Shown in pieces: positions 20,384 through 30,175 of a stretch of DNA of 64,000 nt (its first letter is position 1; every line of letters begins with the position of its first letter). Made by a program: the position numbers and the translations under genes. Source of the stretch: an uncultured Rhodoplanes sp. (GTDB lineage Bacteria > Pseudomonadota > Alphaproteobacteria > Rhizobiales > Xanthobacteraceae); the NCBI GenBank assembly GCA_936924235.1, contig CAKZHN010000179.1, positions 15,588 through 79,587 on the forward strand, in the 5' to 3' direction. The notes beneath the pieces are model-generated. The model did no database searches, was not told where the DNA came from, and saw only the letters and a list, made by a program, of their open reading frames with translations.

Positions 20384-21589
20384 ATGAAACTTAAGCCCGG
20401 CTCCTTCGCCCTCACCCTCGTGCTTGCCATGCTGACCGGCCTCGGGCCGCTGTCGATGGACATGTATCTGGCGTCGCTGCCGGCGATCGGGCACGCGCTC
20501 GGCGCGCCGCCCGCGCAGGTGCAGCTCACGATTTCGCTCTATCTGATCGGCTTCGCTTGCGCCCAGGTGTTTCACGGCCCGCTGTCGGACCGCCACGGCA
20601 GGCGGCCGGTGCTGCTTGCGACGCTCGGGCTTTATCTCGTTGCCTCGCTGGCCTGCGTGCTGTCGTTCTCCATCGAGACGCTGATCGCGGCGCGCTTTCT
20701 TCAGGCGGTCGGCGGCTCGGGCGCGACTGTGCTGGCGCGCGCCGTGGTGCGCGACATGTTCGAGGGCGTGCGCATCGGCCGCGAGCTGTCGCGCATGGCC
20801 GCGATCATGGCGCTGGCGCCGCTGATTGCTCCACTGATCGGCGGGGTGTTGCAGACCGCGTTCGGCTGGCGCTCGAACTTCGTCGCGCTGATCTGCTTTG
20901 GCGCCGCGGCCTGGGTGATGGTCTGGCTGCTGCTGCCGGAGACGGTTCGCAACCGCGCTCCCGAGCCGGTGTCGCTCGTCTCGATCCTGAGGTCCTATCG
21001 CCGCTTCCTCGGCGAGCCGGTGTTCGTCGTGCATCTCGGCATCGCGGCGTGCTGCCTGTGCGGGCTTTTCGCCTGGATCTCCAGCGCGGCCTTTGTCGTG
21101 CAAGATGTTTATGGCTATTCGGCGCTGGCCTTCGGGATGACCTTCGCGCTGGCGTCGGGCGGTTATCTCGCCGGCACCACGTTTGCGGCGCGATTCGTTG
21201 CGCGCTGGGGCAGCGGCCGGCTGATGGGGCTCGGCTGCTCCGCCATGGCCGTGAGCGGCATCGCGTTGGTGCTGTGGCTGGCGATTGGGCCGTCGCGCGC
21301 CGAGGGCGTGGTGGCGGCGATCTGCATTTACCTGATCGGCATGGGCATGAGCCTGCCGCAGTCGCAGGCCGGCGCGTTGCTGCCGTTTCCGGACCGGGCG
21401 GGGGCGGCTTCGTCGCTGCTCGGCTTCATCACGCTGACCTCGTCGGCGCTGGTCGGCGCTCTGATCGGCCGTGCGCTCGGCGCATCGGCCTGGCCGCTCG
21501 CCATTGCGGTGCTGATCGCGGGCTCGCTGTCGTTCGTGTTCTGGTGGTTCAGCCGCGGCGTGCGGGCGCGCGGCACGCCGGCTCACTAG
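20384..21589 (+). CDS. MFS transporter, Bcr/CflA drug-resistance subfamily
   Basis: 12 TM helices; GPLSDRHGRRPVLL motif A. Confidence 0.8.
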   Translation: MKLKPGSFALTLVLAMLTGLGPLSMDMYLASLPAIGHALGAPPAQVQLTISLYLIGFACAQVFHGPLSDRHGRRPVLLATLGLYLVASLACVLSFSIETLIAARFLQAVGGSGATVLARAVVRDMFEGVRIGRELSRMAAIMALAPLIAPLIGGVLQTAFGWRSNFVALICFGAAAWVMVWLLLPETVRNRAPEPVSLVSILRSYRRFLGEPVFVVHLGIAACCLCGLFAWISSAAFVVQDVYGYSALAFGMTFALASGGYLAGTTFAARFVARWGSGRLMGLGCSAMAVSGIALVLWLAIGPSRAEGVVAAICIYLIGMGMSLPQSQAGALLPFPDRAGAASSLLGFITLTSSALVGALIGRALGASAWPLAIAVLIAGSLSFVFWWFSRGVRARGTPAH

Positions 21590-21597
21590 AGCTGGGC

Positions 21598-23775
21598 CTA
21601 ACGCCGGCCCATCAGCCGATCCATCAACCAACCGTCGAGGCCGAGGCCACTCTCGGCTTCGGGACGCACCTGCGCTTGCGCCTGCCGTTGGGTTTGGACT
21701 TGCGCCTCGGCATCGGACTGCGGCGCGGGCTGCTGCGCATTCCATGGCGGCGTGAAGCCCGCCGTCATGAACCCGCCTGAGCCGGCGCCGGGCAGCGCCG
21801 CGACCGGCACGCCCTGATGCGCCGCGCGCATGAAGCGGCTCCAGATCTCGACCGGCAGTCCGCCGCCGGTGGTCTTCTTGGTCGATGTGGCGTCGTCGTT
21901 GCCGAGCCAGACGCCGGCGACGAGATGGCCGGTGTAGCCGATGAACCAGGCGTCGCGGAACTCCTGCGACGTGCCGGTCTTGCCGGCGGCCGGCCAGCCC
22001 GGCAACTGCGCCTTGTGTGCGGTGCCCGACAGCAGCGTCTCCTGCAGCATCGAGTTCATCATGCCGACGACGCGCGGATCGATGATGCGGCCGAGGCGGT
22101 CGGGCTTGCGCTCGTAAAGGAGCTTGCCGCCCGCGGTCCGCACCCGCTGGATCACGTGCGGCGAGATCGCCATGCCGCCATTGGCGAAGGGCGCATAGGC
22201 GCCGACCATCTCCAGCACCGACACCTCGGAGGTGCCGAGCGCGATCGAGGCGTTGGGCTCGAGCTTGGAGGCGATGCCGAGCCGGTGCGCGGTGCGCACC
22301 ACGGCGGTCGGGCCGAATTCCATCGTGAGCCGCACCGACACGGTGTTGAGCGACATCGACAGCGCTTTCGTCAGCGTCACCGGGCCGAAATACTCGTGGG
22401 TGTAGTTCTCCGGCCGCCAGCCCTTGATCGCGATCGGCTTGTCCTCGCGCACGGTGTCGGGCGTCAGCCCGCGCTCCAGCGCCGTGAGATAGACGAACGG
22501 CTTGAACGCCGAGCCGGGCTGGCGCTTGGCGGCGACCGCGCGGTTGAACTGGCTGCCGGCGTAGTCTCTGCCGCCCACCAGCGCGACCACGGCACCGTCC
22601 GGCGTCATCGCCACCAGCGCGCCCTGGCCGACGCCCGCCTTGACGCCGTTCTTGTTGAGCTCTTCGACCAGCGCGCTCTCGGCCGCGGCCTGCAGCGTGG
22701 GATCGATCGAAGCCTCGACCACGATGTCCTGGTCGACGCGGCCGACCACGTCGTCGAGCACATCCATGATCCAGTCGGCCGCGTAGCCCAGCGAGCCGGC
22801 GCCTGGCGGCCGCTCGGCGTGGGCCGGCTGCATCAGCGCCACTTTCGCCGCGTCGTCGGTGATGAACTTCATGTCCACCATCGCGGCCAGCACCAGCTGG
22901 GCGCGCTTTTCGGCGCCGTTCGGATTGCGGCTCGGGGCGAGCCGCGACGGCGAGCGGACCAGGCCCGCCAGCATCGCGGCCTCGGCGACCGTGAGCTTCT
23001 GCGCCGGCTTGTTGAAATAGCGTCCCGCGGCGGCCTCGACGCCGTAGGCGCCGGCGCCGAAATAGACGCGGTTCAGATACATGTCGAGAATCTGAGCCTT
23101 GGTGAACTTGTGCTCGAGCCAGAGCGCCAGCCCGACCTCCTGGACCTTGCGGGTGAGCGTGCGCTCCTGCGTCAGGAACAGGTTCTTGGCGAGCTGCTGG
23201 GTGAGGGTCGAGCCGCCCTGCGACACGCCACGGCGCAGCACGTTGGCGGCGAGCGCGCGGGCGATGCCGATCGGATCGACGCCGTAATGCGAGTAGAACC
23301 GGCGGTCCTCGATGGCGATGAAGGCCTGCGGCACGTGCCGCGGCAGGTCCTTCAGCGGCACCACGCCGCCGCCCATGTTGCCGCGGGTGGCAAGCACCTG
23401 GCCGGAGGCATCAACGATCTTGACGGTCGGCGGACGCTTGGGGATTTCCAGCGACTGGATCGGCGGCAGGTGGGCGCCGATCCAGATCGCGACGCCGATC
23501 GCGGCGATCACCATCCAGAGGCTGCCGACCGCGCCCCAATAGACGGCGCGTCCGAGCAGGGCGCCGAGGCTGCGGCCGCTGCTGCCGCCGCCACCGCTAT
23601 TGCCGGCGCCGGAGCTGCGTTTGCGCTTGGACTTGGACTTGGAGCGGGATGCGGGCTTGTCGCCGCCGGACGCGGATTTGCTGCGGCGCGGAGCCGGCTC
23701 ATCGGCATCCGGCTCGACCGCGGGCGCCACGTCGAAGACGGGTTCCCGCCGCTCTTTGCCCTTCGGCGCAGCCAT
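21598..23775 (-). CDS. Class A penicillin-binding protein (bifunctional transglycosylase/transpeptidase)
   Basis: GT51 motifs (RFYSHYGVDP, GGSTLTQQ) plus SAFKPF, SLN and KTGT transpeptidase motifs; a long low-complexity basic N-terminal tail. Confidence 0.85.
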   Translation of the reverse strand: MAAPKGKERREPVFDVAPAVEPDADEPAPRRSKSASGGDKPASRSKSKSKRKRSSGAGNSGGGGSSGRSLGALLGRAVYWGAVGSLWMVIAAIGVAIWIGAHLPPIQSLEIPKRPPTVKIVDASGQVLATRGNMGGGVVPLKDLPRHVPQAFIAIEDRRFYSHYGVDPIGIARALAANVLRRGVSQGGSTLTQQLAKNLFLTQERTLTRKVQEVGLALWLEHKFTKAQILDMYLNRVYFGAGAYGVEAAAGRYFNKPAQKLTVAEAAMLAGLVRSPSRLAPSRNPNGAEKRAQLVLAAMVDMKFITDDAAKVALMQPAHAERPPGAGSLGYAADWIMDVLDDVVGRVDQDIVVEASIDPTLQAAAESALVEELNKNGVKAGVGQGALVAMTPDGAVVALVGGRDYAGSQFNRAVAAKRQPGSAFKPFVYLTALERGLTPDTVREDKPIAIKGWRPENYTHEYFGPVTLTKALSMSLNTVSVRLTMEFGPTAVVRTAHRLGIASKLEPNASIALGTSEVSVLEMVGAYAPFANGGMAISPHVIQRVRTAGGKLLYERKPDRLGRIIDPRVVGMMNSMLQETLLSGTAHKAQLPGWPAAGKTGTSQEFRDAWFIGYTGHLVAGVWLGNDDATSTKKTTGGGLPVEIWSRFMRAAHQGVPVAALPGAGSGGFMTAGFTPPWNAQQPAPQSDAEAQVQTQRQAQAQVRPEAESGLGLDGWLMDRLMGRR

Positions 23776-24017
23776 TTTTGTCCTGCGAAACGTCCCCGCG
23801 GCCCCGTCGGAACGGAGCGCGCCGACAGGTTACGGCGGCCGCTTTAAGGGGGGGTTAAGCGGTATGGCCCGAGTCCCCGCAATCCCAGGTGGCGCCTGGA
23901 TTTGCGGGCGATGCAGCATTGTTGAGATCGGGCCCGGAGGTATTTCCAATCGTGTCTTTTTTGTGCATCATGCCCAAGTACCGGGGGATCCGGTGGAAAC
24001 TAAGCCTGGGGAATCAC

Positions 24018-24242
24018 ATGCGTAAGGCTGCACTCCTCGCAGCAGTCATGCTGGCTGCTACGTTCACGACCACGACCACTCACGCCGCTGCCAAGAAAGA
24101 TCCGGCTGTCCAGGCTCAGAAGGACACCGAGAACTTCATGAAGGCGGCGACCAATCCGTACGAAGCGACTTCCAAGCCGGCCAAGCCGATGCACAAGAAG
24201 ACCGCCAAGAAGAGCAAGAAGAAGATGAAGAAGGCGGCGTAA
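24018..24242 (+). CDS. Small secreted lysine-rich protein (74 aa)
   Basis: Signal peptide MRKAALLAAVMLAAT followed by a KPAKPMHKKTAKKSKKKMKKAA tail. Confidence 0.45.
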   Translation: MRKAALLAAVMLAATFTTTTTHAAAKKDPAVQAQKDTENFMKAATNPYEATSKPAKPMHKKTAKKSKKKMKKAA

Positions 24243-24273
24243 TCCGCCTCTTCTGACTGCAGAATAAGACGAA

Positions 24274-24316
24274 CCGGCGTCCGGTGCCTCGGCATCCGGG
24301 CGCCGCTTCTGTTTTG
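24274..24316. terminator. Putative bidirectional intrinsic terminator between convergent genes
   Basis: A GC-rich hairpin cggcgtccgg-tgcctcggcat-ccgggcgccg followed by cttctgtttt. Confidence 0.5.
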
Positions 24317-24329
24317 GCGTTCGTTTCGG

Positions 24330-27110
24330 TCAGGCCGGCGGCGCGAACAGCTGCAGCAGCGAGCGCTTGATCGCCATCTCGCGGGTCGGCGAGGCGATCT
24401 TCGCGCCGAGCAGGTCGGTCACGTAGAACACGTCGACCACGCGCTCGCCGAACGTCGCCACATGGGCCGAGGTGATGTTGAGGCTGAGCTTCGACAGCGT
24501 CGCGGTCAGCTCATAGAGCAGTCCCGGCCGGTCGAGGCCGGTCACCTCGATCACGGTGTAGCGGTTGGACCACTGGTTGTTGATGGTCACCTCGGGCTCG
24601 ACCGCAAAGGCCTTGAGCCGGCCCTTGGTCGCCGAACGCCGCGCCACCACCTCGGGCAGCTTCAGCGTGCCGCTCAGCGCCTTCTCGATGGTGTCGGCGA
24701 TGCGGGCGGCGCGCCGCTGCTCGTCGTCGTCCTGCTCGAACTCGCGCGACACCGCGATGGTGTCGAGCACGCGGCCGTCGGTGGTGGTGAAGATCTGCGC
24801 ATCGACGATGTTGGCGCCGGTCGCCGCGCAGGCGCCGGCCAAGGTCGACAACAGCCACGGATGGTCGGGCGCCAACACCGTGACCTCGGTCACGCCGCGC
24901 CCGGATTCGAGCGTGAAGCTCGTCGCCGTCGACTTGCTGGCGCTTTCGGCCGCCTGGACGAAGCGCGCGTGATCGACGCGATGCGGCAGGTCGACCTTGA
25001 GCCAGTAGGCCGGATAATGCCGCGCCAGATAGGCGTCGACCTGCTCGGCCTGCCAGTCCTTGAGCTCGGCGCGGAGCTCGTTCTGCGCCATGGCGACGCG
25101 CTGGGCGCGGTTGACCTCGGAGAAGCCGCCGGTCAGCACCGGCTCGGTCTCGTAATAGAGCGTGCGCAGAAGCTGCGCCTTCCAGCCGTTCCACACGCCA
25201 GGGCCGACCGCGCGGATGTCGACCGTGGTCAGGATGGTGAGGAGCTTCATGCGCTCCAGCGACTGCGCCACGGCGGCGAAGTTCTCGATGGTCTTGCGAT
25301 CCGACAGGTCGCGCGATTGCGCCACGGTCGACATCACGAGGTGCTGCTCGACCAGCCAGGCCACGGTCTCGGTGTCGGCAGCTGAGAGGCCGATCCGCGG
25401 GCAGAACACGCGCGCGATGCGCGCGCCGGCGATCGAATGGTCCTCGATGCGGCCCTTGGCGATGTCGTGCAGGAACAGCGCCACGTAAAGCAGCGTGCGG
25501 TGCTCGGGCACGATCTTCTTCATCAGATCGCTGGCGAGCGGGAATTCTTCGCTGCCGCGCTCGATCTCAGCGAGGATTCCGATGCATCGGAGCAGGTGCT
25601 CGTCCACCGTGTAGTGGTGGTACATGTTGAACTGCATCATCGCGACGATGCGGCCGAAGGCGCGGACGAAGCGGCCGAGCACGCCGGTCTCGTTCATCCG
25701 GCGCAGGATGATCTCGGCGTCATGCGATGTGAGAATTTCGAGGAACAGCCGGTTGGCTTCCGGGTCCTGCCGCAGCTTGTGATCGATCAGCCGCAGCGAC
25801 TTGGTCGCAGCCCGCATCGCGTCCGGATGCAGCACCAGATTGTGCTTCTGGGCGAGGCGGAACATCCGGATCAGGTTGAGCGGATCGCGGACGAACACCT
25901 CGGGACCGGCGATGGTCAGGCGGTTGTTGTCGTCGAAGAAACCCTCGTTGTCGGGCAGCGCCCGGCGACCGTGCGGCCGGAACCGCGCCATCATCCGGCT
26001 CAGCACCGGCGCGGGCTTGGCCTGGCGGTCTTCCAGCGCGGAGCACAGGATCGCGGTGAGATCGCCGACGTCCTTGGCGATCAGGAAGTAGTGCTTCATG
26101 AAGCGCTCGACATCCTTCATGCCGGGATGCTCGGTGTAGCCGAGCCGCACCGCGATCTCGCGCTGGATGTCGAACGACAGCCGCTCCTCGGCGCGGCCCG
26201 CGACGAAATGCATGTTGCAGCGGACCGACCACAGGAAGTCTTCGCAGCGCCGGAACAGCCGCAGCTCCTCGGCGTCGAACACGCCGCGATCGACCAACTC
26301 GCCGACGTCCTGGACGCGGTAGACGTACTTGGCGATCCAGAACAGCGTGTGCAGGTCGCGCAGGCCGCCCTTGCCGTCCTTGACGTTCGGCTCGACCAGA
26401 TAGCGCGACTGGCCGCCGCGGCGATGCCGCTCCTCGCGCTCGGCGAGCTTGGCGGCGACAAACTCAGGCCCGGTGCCCTGCACCACCTGCTTGTCGAAGC
26501 GCGTCGCGAGCTCGTCGAACAGCTTCTTGTCGCCGAGCAGGAAGCGCGCTTCGAGCACCGCGGTGCGGATCGTCATGTCCGCCTTGGCTTGGCGGATGCA
26601 TTCGTCGACCGAGCGCGTGGCGTGGCCGACCTTGAGCCCGAGGTCCCAGAGGCAATAGAGGATCGCCTCGGCGACCGACTCGCCCCAGGCGGTCTGCTTG
26701 TAGGGCAGCAGGAACAGCAGATCGATGTCGGAGCCCGGCGCCATCAGGCCACGGCCGTAGCCGCCGGTCGCCACGATCGCCATCCGCTCGGCTTCGGCCG
26801 GATTTTCCGACGGATAGAGATGCCTGACGACGAACTCGAACAGCACCTGGATGATGTCGTCCGTCATCGCGCAAAGCCGCTCGGCGCAGCGCCCGCCCTG
26901 GCGATCTTTCAGCAGCAACTTCTCGGCGTGCGCCCGGCCGGCGGTCAGCACCACCTTCAGCCGCTGCGCCACCATGCGCCGCAACTCCTGCTCGGAGCCG
27001 GCGTGGTCTTCGGCGAGCTTGGCGAGGTCGGCGGCGACTTCGTGCTTGTCGAACGGCTGGTCGGTCCGAGCCGTGGGTTTTTCCAGGGTGAGCATGCCGA
27101 ACATTCGCAT
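24330..27110 (-). CDS. glnD: [Protein-PII] uridylyltransferase / uridylyl-removing enzyme
   Basis: NTase domain, HD domain and two C-terminal ACT domains. The AT-rich N-terminal extension of the ORF is trimmed to the MRMFGM start. Confidence 0.9.
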   Translation of the reverse strand: MRMFGMLTLEKPTARTDQPFDKHEVAADLAKLAEDHAGSEQELRRMVAQRLKVVLTAGRAHAEKLLLKDRQGGRCAERLCAMTDDIIQVLFEFVVRHLYPSENPAEAERMAIVATGGYGRGLMAPGSDIDLLFLLPYKQTAWGESVAEAILYCLWDLGLKVGHATRSVDECIRQAKADMTIRTAVLEARFLLGDKKLFDELATRFDKQVVQGTGPEFVAAKLAEREERHRRGGQSRYLVEPNVKDGKGGLRDLHTLFWIAKYVYRVQDVGELVDRGVFDAEELRLFRRCEDFLWSVRCNMHFVAGRAEERLSFDIQREIAVRLGYTEHPGMKDVERFMKHYFLIAKDVGDLTAILCSALEDRQAKPAPVLSRMMARFRPHGRRALPDNEGFFDDNNRLTIAGPEVFVRDPLNLIRMFRLAQKHNLVLHPDAMRAATKSLRLIDHKLRQDPEANRLFLEILTSHDAEIILRRMNETGVLGRFVRAFGRIVAMMQFNMYHHYTVDEHLLRCIGILAEIERGSEEFPLASDLMKKIVPEHRTLLYVALFLHDIAKGRIEDHSIAGARIARVFCPRIGLSAADTETVAWLVEQHLVMSTVAQSRDLSDRKTIENFAAVAQSLERMKLLTILTTVDIRAVGPGVWNGWKAQLLRTLYYETEPVLTGGFSEVNRAQRVAMAQNELRAELKDWQAEQVDAYLARHYPAYWLKVDLPHRVDHARFVQAAESASKSTATSFTLESGRGVTEVTVLAPDHPWLLSTLAGACAATGANIVDAQIFTTTDGRVLDTIAVSREFEQDDDEQRRAARIADTIEKALSGTLKLPEVVARRSATKGRLKAFAVEPEVTINNQWSNRYTVIEVTGLDRPGLLYELTATLSKLSLNITSAHVATFGERVVDVFYVTDLLGAKIASPTREMAIKRSLLQLFAPPA

Positions 27111-27418
27111 AGCGAAGCGCGCGCCGCCTGTCACGGCGGGACGCACATTGGAGGGAGAACGCTTTTGCGTTGGGCCACGGACGGGGAAGCAAATTTCCTT
27201 TTTGGCTTCCGGCGCGTCATAATTATTCTCTTTGACGATCAATGACTTAGACAATATAACCGAAACAGCGCCGATTTGAGCGAGCAGCTTGCGGGCGCTT
27301 AATAAATGCAGCTAAAGCGGTCGGGGCCCGCCCCGTCGCATGAAGCTGACGGGCGGGTAATTTGTTTGCCCGCCTCCATCAAACCGCGGCGAAAGCCGCA
27401 AACAGCATGGAGGTCTTC

Positions 27419-28390
27419 ATGACCAGTCTCTCTCGTCGCGTCCTTCTGGCCTCGGCTTTCGCCGCGGCCCTGTTCCCGGCTGTGGCCTTCGGCGCCGACA
27501 AGCCCAAGACCATCAACATCGACTGGGCGACCTACAATCCGGTGTCGATGCTCTTGAAGGACAAGGGCCTTCTCGAAAAGGAATTCGCCAAGGACGGCAT
27601 CGGTATCCGCTGGGTGCAGACGCTCGGCTCCAACAAGGCGCTCGAGTTCCTCAACGCCGGCTCGATCGATTTCGGCTCGACGGCGGGCTCGGCGGCGCTC
27701 GTCGCCAAGATCAACGGCAATCCGATCAAGTCGATCTACGTCTATTCGCGGCCGGAATGGACCGCGCTGGTGACCCGCAAGGACACCGCGATCAACAAGA
27801 TCGAGGATCTCAAGGGCAAGCGCGTCGCCGTGACCCGAGGCACCGACCCGCACATCTTCCTGGTGCGCGCGCTGCAGCAGGCGAAGCTGACCGAGAAGGA
27901 CATCACGCCGGTGCTGCTGCAGCATCCGGACGGCAAGACCGCGCTCATCCGCGGCGATGTCGACGCCTGGGCCGGTCTCGACCCGATGATGGCGCAGGCC
28001 GAGATCGAGGACGGCGCGCGGCTGTTCTATCGCAACAAGGAGGCCAACACCTGGGGCATCCTCAATGTGCGCGAGGAGTTCCTCAAGGACCATCCGGATC
28101 TGGTGAAGCGCGTGCTCGCGGTCTACGAGGACGCCCGCAAGCAGTCGCTCGCCAACTATGCCGAGCTGAAGCACGTGTTCATCGCCGTCACCAAGCTGCC
28201 CGACGCCGTGGTCGACAAGCAGCTCAAGGAGCGCACCGAGCTCACCCACAGCAAGATCGGCGCGCCGCAGCGTGAGTCCATTCTGGCCGCCGGCATCGCG
28301 TTGCAGCAGGCCGGCGTCATCAAATCCGATGTCGACGTGAAGGCCACGGTCGACGCGCTGATCGACGACTCGGTGCCGCTGACCAACTAG
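27419..28390 (+). CDS. Aliphatic sulfonate / nitrate-type ABC transporter substrate-binding protein (SsuA/NMT1-like)
   Basis: Signal peptide; NMT1-family fold; GGAGG RBS 4 nt upstream of the ATG. Confidence 0.75.
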   Translation: MTSLSRRVLLASAFAAALFPAVAFGADKPKTINIDWATYNPVSMLLKDKGLLEKEFAKDGIGIRWVQTLGSNKALEFLNAGSIDFGSTAGSAALVAKINGNPIKSIYVYSRPEWTALVTRKDTAINKIEDLKGKRVAVTRGTDPHIFLVRALQQAKLTEKDITPVLLQHPDGKTALIRGDVDAWAGLDPMMAQAEIEDGARLFYRNKEANTWGILNVREEFLKDHPDLVKRVLAVYEDARKQSLANYAELKHVFIAVTKLPDAVVDKQLKERTELTHSKIGAPQRESILAAGIALQQAGVIKSDVDVKATVDALIDDSVPLTN

Positions 28391-28471
28391 AGCGAACCAT
28401 CGCCTCGCCCCGGCCGTTGAGGTCAGGGGCGAGGCGTCGTTCGTTACCCTTGCGTCAGAGTGGGTGTTGGT

Positions 28472-29314
28472 ATGTCCTTTGTCCCCATGACCATCGCGGC
28501 CGGACGGGTGACCCCGGAGCAGCGCAAGGCCGGGCGCTCCGGCCTTGCGCGCTACTGGAAGCCCGCGCTCGGTCTGGTGTTGCCGGTGCTCGCCGCGGCG
28601 GGCTGGGAGCTGGCGGTGCGGATGGGGCTGTCCAACGGCCGCCTGCTGCCGCCGCCTTCCGTGGTGTTCGCGACCTTCTGGGAGCTCGCGCAGACCGGTG
28701 AATTGCAGCGGCACACACTGGCGACGACGCTGCGCGTCGCGGCGGGCTTCGGCTTCGGCGTACTGGCCGGCACACTGGCCGGCGCAGTCACCGGCTATTC
28801 GCCGCTGCTGCGGCGCCTGCTCGATCCGACCGTGCAGGGGCTTCGCGCCATCCCGTCGCTCGCCTGGGTGCCGCTGTTCGTGCTCTGGTTCGGCATCTTC
28901 GAGAGCTCGAAGGTCATCCTGATCGCGGTCGGCGTGTTCTTTCCGGTCTATCTCGGCGTCATGGGCGCGATCGCATCGGTCGATCGCAAGCTCGTCGAAG
29001 TCGGCCGTGCGTTCCGCCTGTCCGACACCGCGATGGTCCGGCGCATCTTATTGCCTGCGGTGCTGCCCGCTTACGTGATCGCGCTGCGCACGGGTCTGGG
29101 GCTCGGCTGGATGTTCGTGGTCGCGGCCGAACTGCTCGGCGCCTCCGAAGGCCTCGGCTATCTGCTGATTGATGGGCAGCAACTCGGCAAGCCGGCGGAG
29201 ATCGTCGCTGCGATCGTCGCGTTTGCGGTGATCGGCAAGCTTGCCGACTGGATGATCGCGGCGGCGGCGGCGCCTTTCCTGCGCTGGGAAGACGTCGTCG
29301 AGCGGAGGCGCTGA
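28472..29314 (+). CDS. ABC transporter permease (SsuC/TauC-like)
   Basis: BPD_transp_1 permease fold with an EAA-like loop. Confidence 0.8.
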   Translation: MSFVPMTIAAGRVTPEQRKAGRSGLARYWKPALGLVLPVLAAAGWELAVRMGLSNGRLLPPPSVVFATFWELAQTGELQRHTLATTLRVAAGFGFGVLAGTLAGAVTGYSPLLRRLLDPTVQGLRAIPSLAWVPLFVLWFGIFESSKVILIAVGVFFPVYLGVMGAIASVDRKLVEVGRAFRLSDTAMVRRILLPAVLPAYVIALRTGLGLGWMFVVAAELLGASEGLGYLLIDGQQLGKPAEIVAAIVAFAVIGKLADWMIAAAAAPFLRWEDVVERRR

Positions 29315-30105
29315 TGCTCAGTCTCGAACGCGTCGGAAAGACCTATGCCAACGGCGTGCGCGCGCTCGACGGCGTGTCGCTCGAGGTCGAGCCAGGCGAG
29401 ATCGTCGCCGTGATCGGCGGCTCGGGCTGCGGCAAGTCCACGCTGCTGCGCGCGATCTCGGGCCTCGACACGCCGACGCAGGGCCAGGTCGTGCTCGACG
29501 GCGCGCCGGTGACCAAGCCGCACGAGAAGATTGGCATCATCTTCCAGGAGCCGCGGCTCCTGCCGTGGCTCTCGGTCGCCGACAATGTCGGCTTCGGCAT
29601 CGAGGACCAGCCGAAGCGCGAGCGCGGCGAACGCGTCGGTCGGGCGCTGGCGCGCGTCGGCCTGTCCGACAAGGCCACGGTCTGGCCGCGGGAGCTCTCC
29701 GGCGGCCAGGCGCAGCGCGTCGCCATCGCTCGCGCGCTGGTGCCGCGCCCCGAGGTGCTGCTGCTCGACGAGCCGTTCTCGGCGCTCGATGCGTTCACCC
29801 GCACCGATCTCCAGGAGCACCTGCTCGCGTTGTGGGCTGATGCCAGGCCGACGCTCATTCACGTCACGCACGACGTCGAAGAGGCGATCGTGCTGGCGGA
29901 TCGCGTGGTGGTGATGCGGCCGCGGCCGGGCCGCATCGCCGACGAGATCGTGATCGACCTCCCGCGGCCGCGCGATCGCCAGTCGGCGGCGTTCGATTTT
30001 GCCAAGCGGCGCGTGCTCGCTGCGCTGGATCGCTCGCTCGACCGCACGGTCAGCGTCGACGAGCGCGAGACCAAGGCCGAGACCGGCCAGGCAATGTGGT
30101 GGTAG
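29314..30105 (+). CDS. ABC transporter ATP-binding protein (SsuB/TauB-like)
   Basis: Walker A GGSGCGKST, LSGGQ and Walker B LLLDEPF. Confidence 0.85.
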   Translation: MLSLERVGKTYANGVRALDGVSLEVEPGEIVAVIGGSGCGKSTLLRAISGLDTPTQGQVVLDGAPVTKPHEKIGIIFQEPRLLPWLSVADNVGFGIEDQPKRERGERVGRALARVGLSDKATVWPRELSGGQAQRVAIARALVPRPEVLLLDEPFSALDAFTRTDLQEHLLALWADARPTLIHVTHDVEEAIVLADRVVVMRPRPGRIADEIVIDLPRPRDRQSAAFDFAKRRVLAALDRSLDRTVSVDERETKAETGQAMWW

Positions 30106-30175
30106 TTCCCCCCATCCTGTAGGCTGCAAACGAGACAAGACGGCGGATCAATCGGCCGGGCAGGGAGGAAATCCA

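Noticed and set aside
23500-23710. GC-rich simple-sequence tract (gccgcc/gctgcc repeats) resembling a microsatellite
   Set aside because: It lies inside the PBP gene and encodes its low-complexity Ser/Gly/Lys-rich cytoplasmic N-terminal tail; it is not an independent repeat element
27111-27254. AT-rich N-terminal extension of the glnD ORF (MSKSLIVKENNYD...)
   Set aside because: Its codon composition is atypical for this genome and it falls in the divergent promoter region; the GlnD start is taken at MRMFGM (27110)
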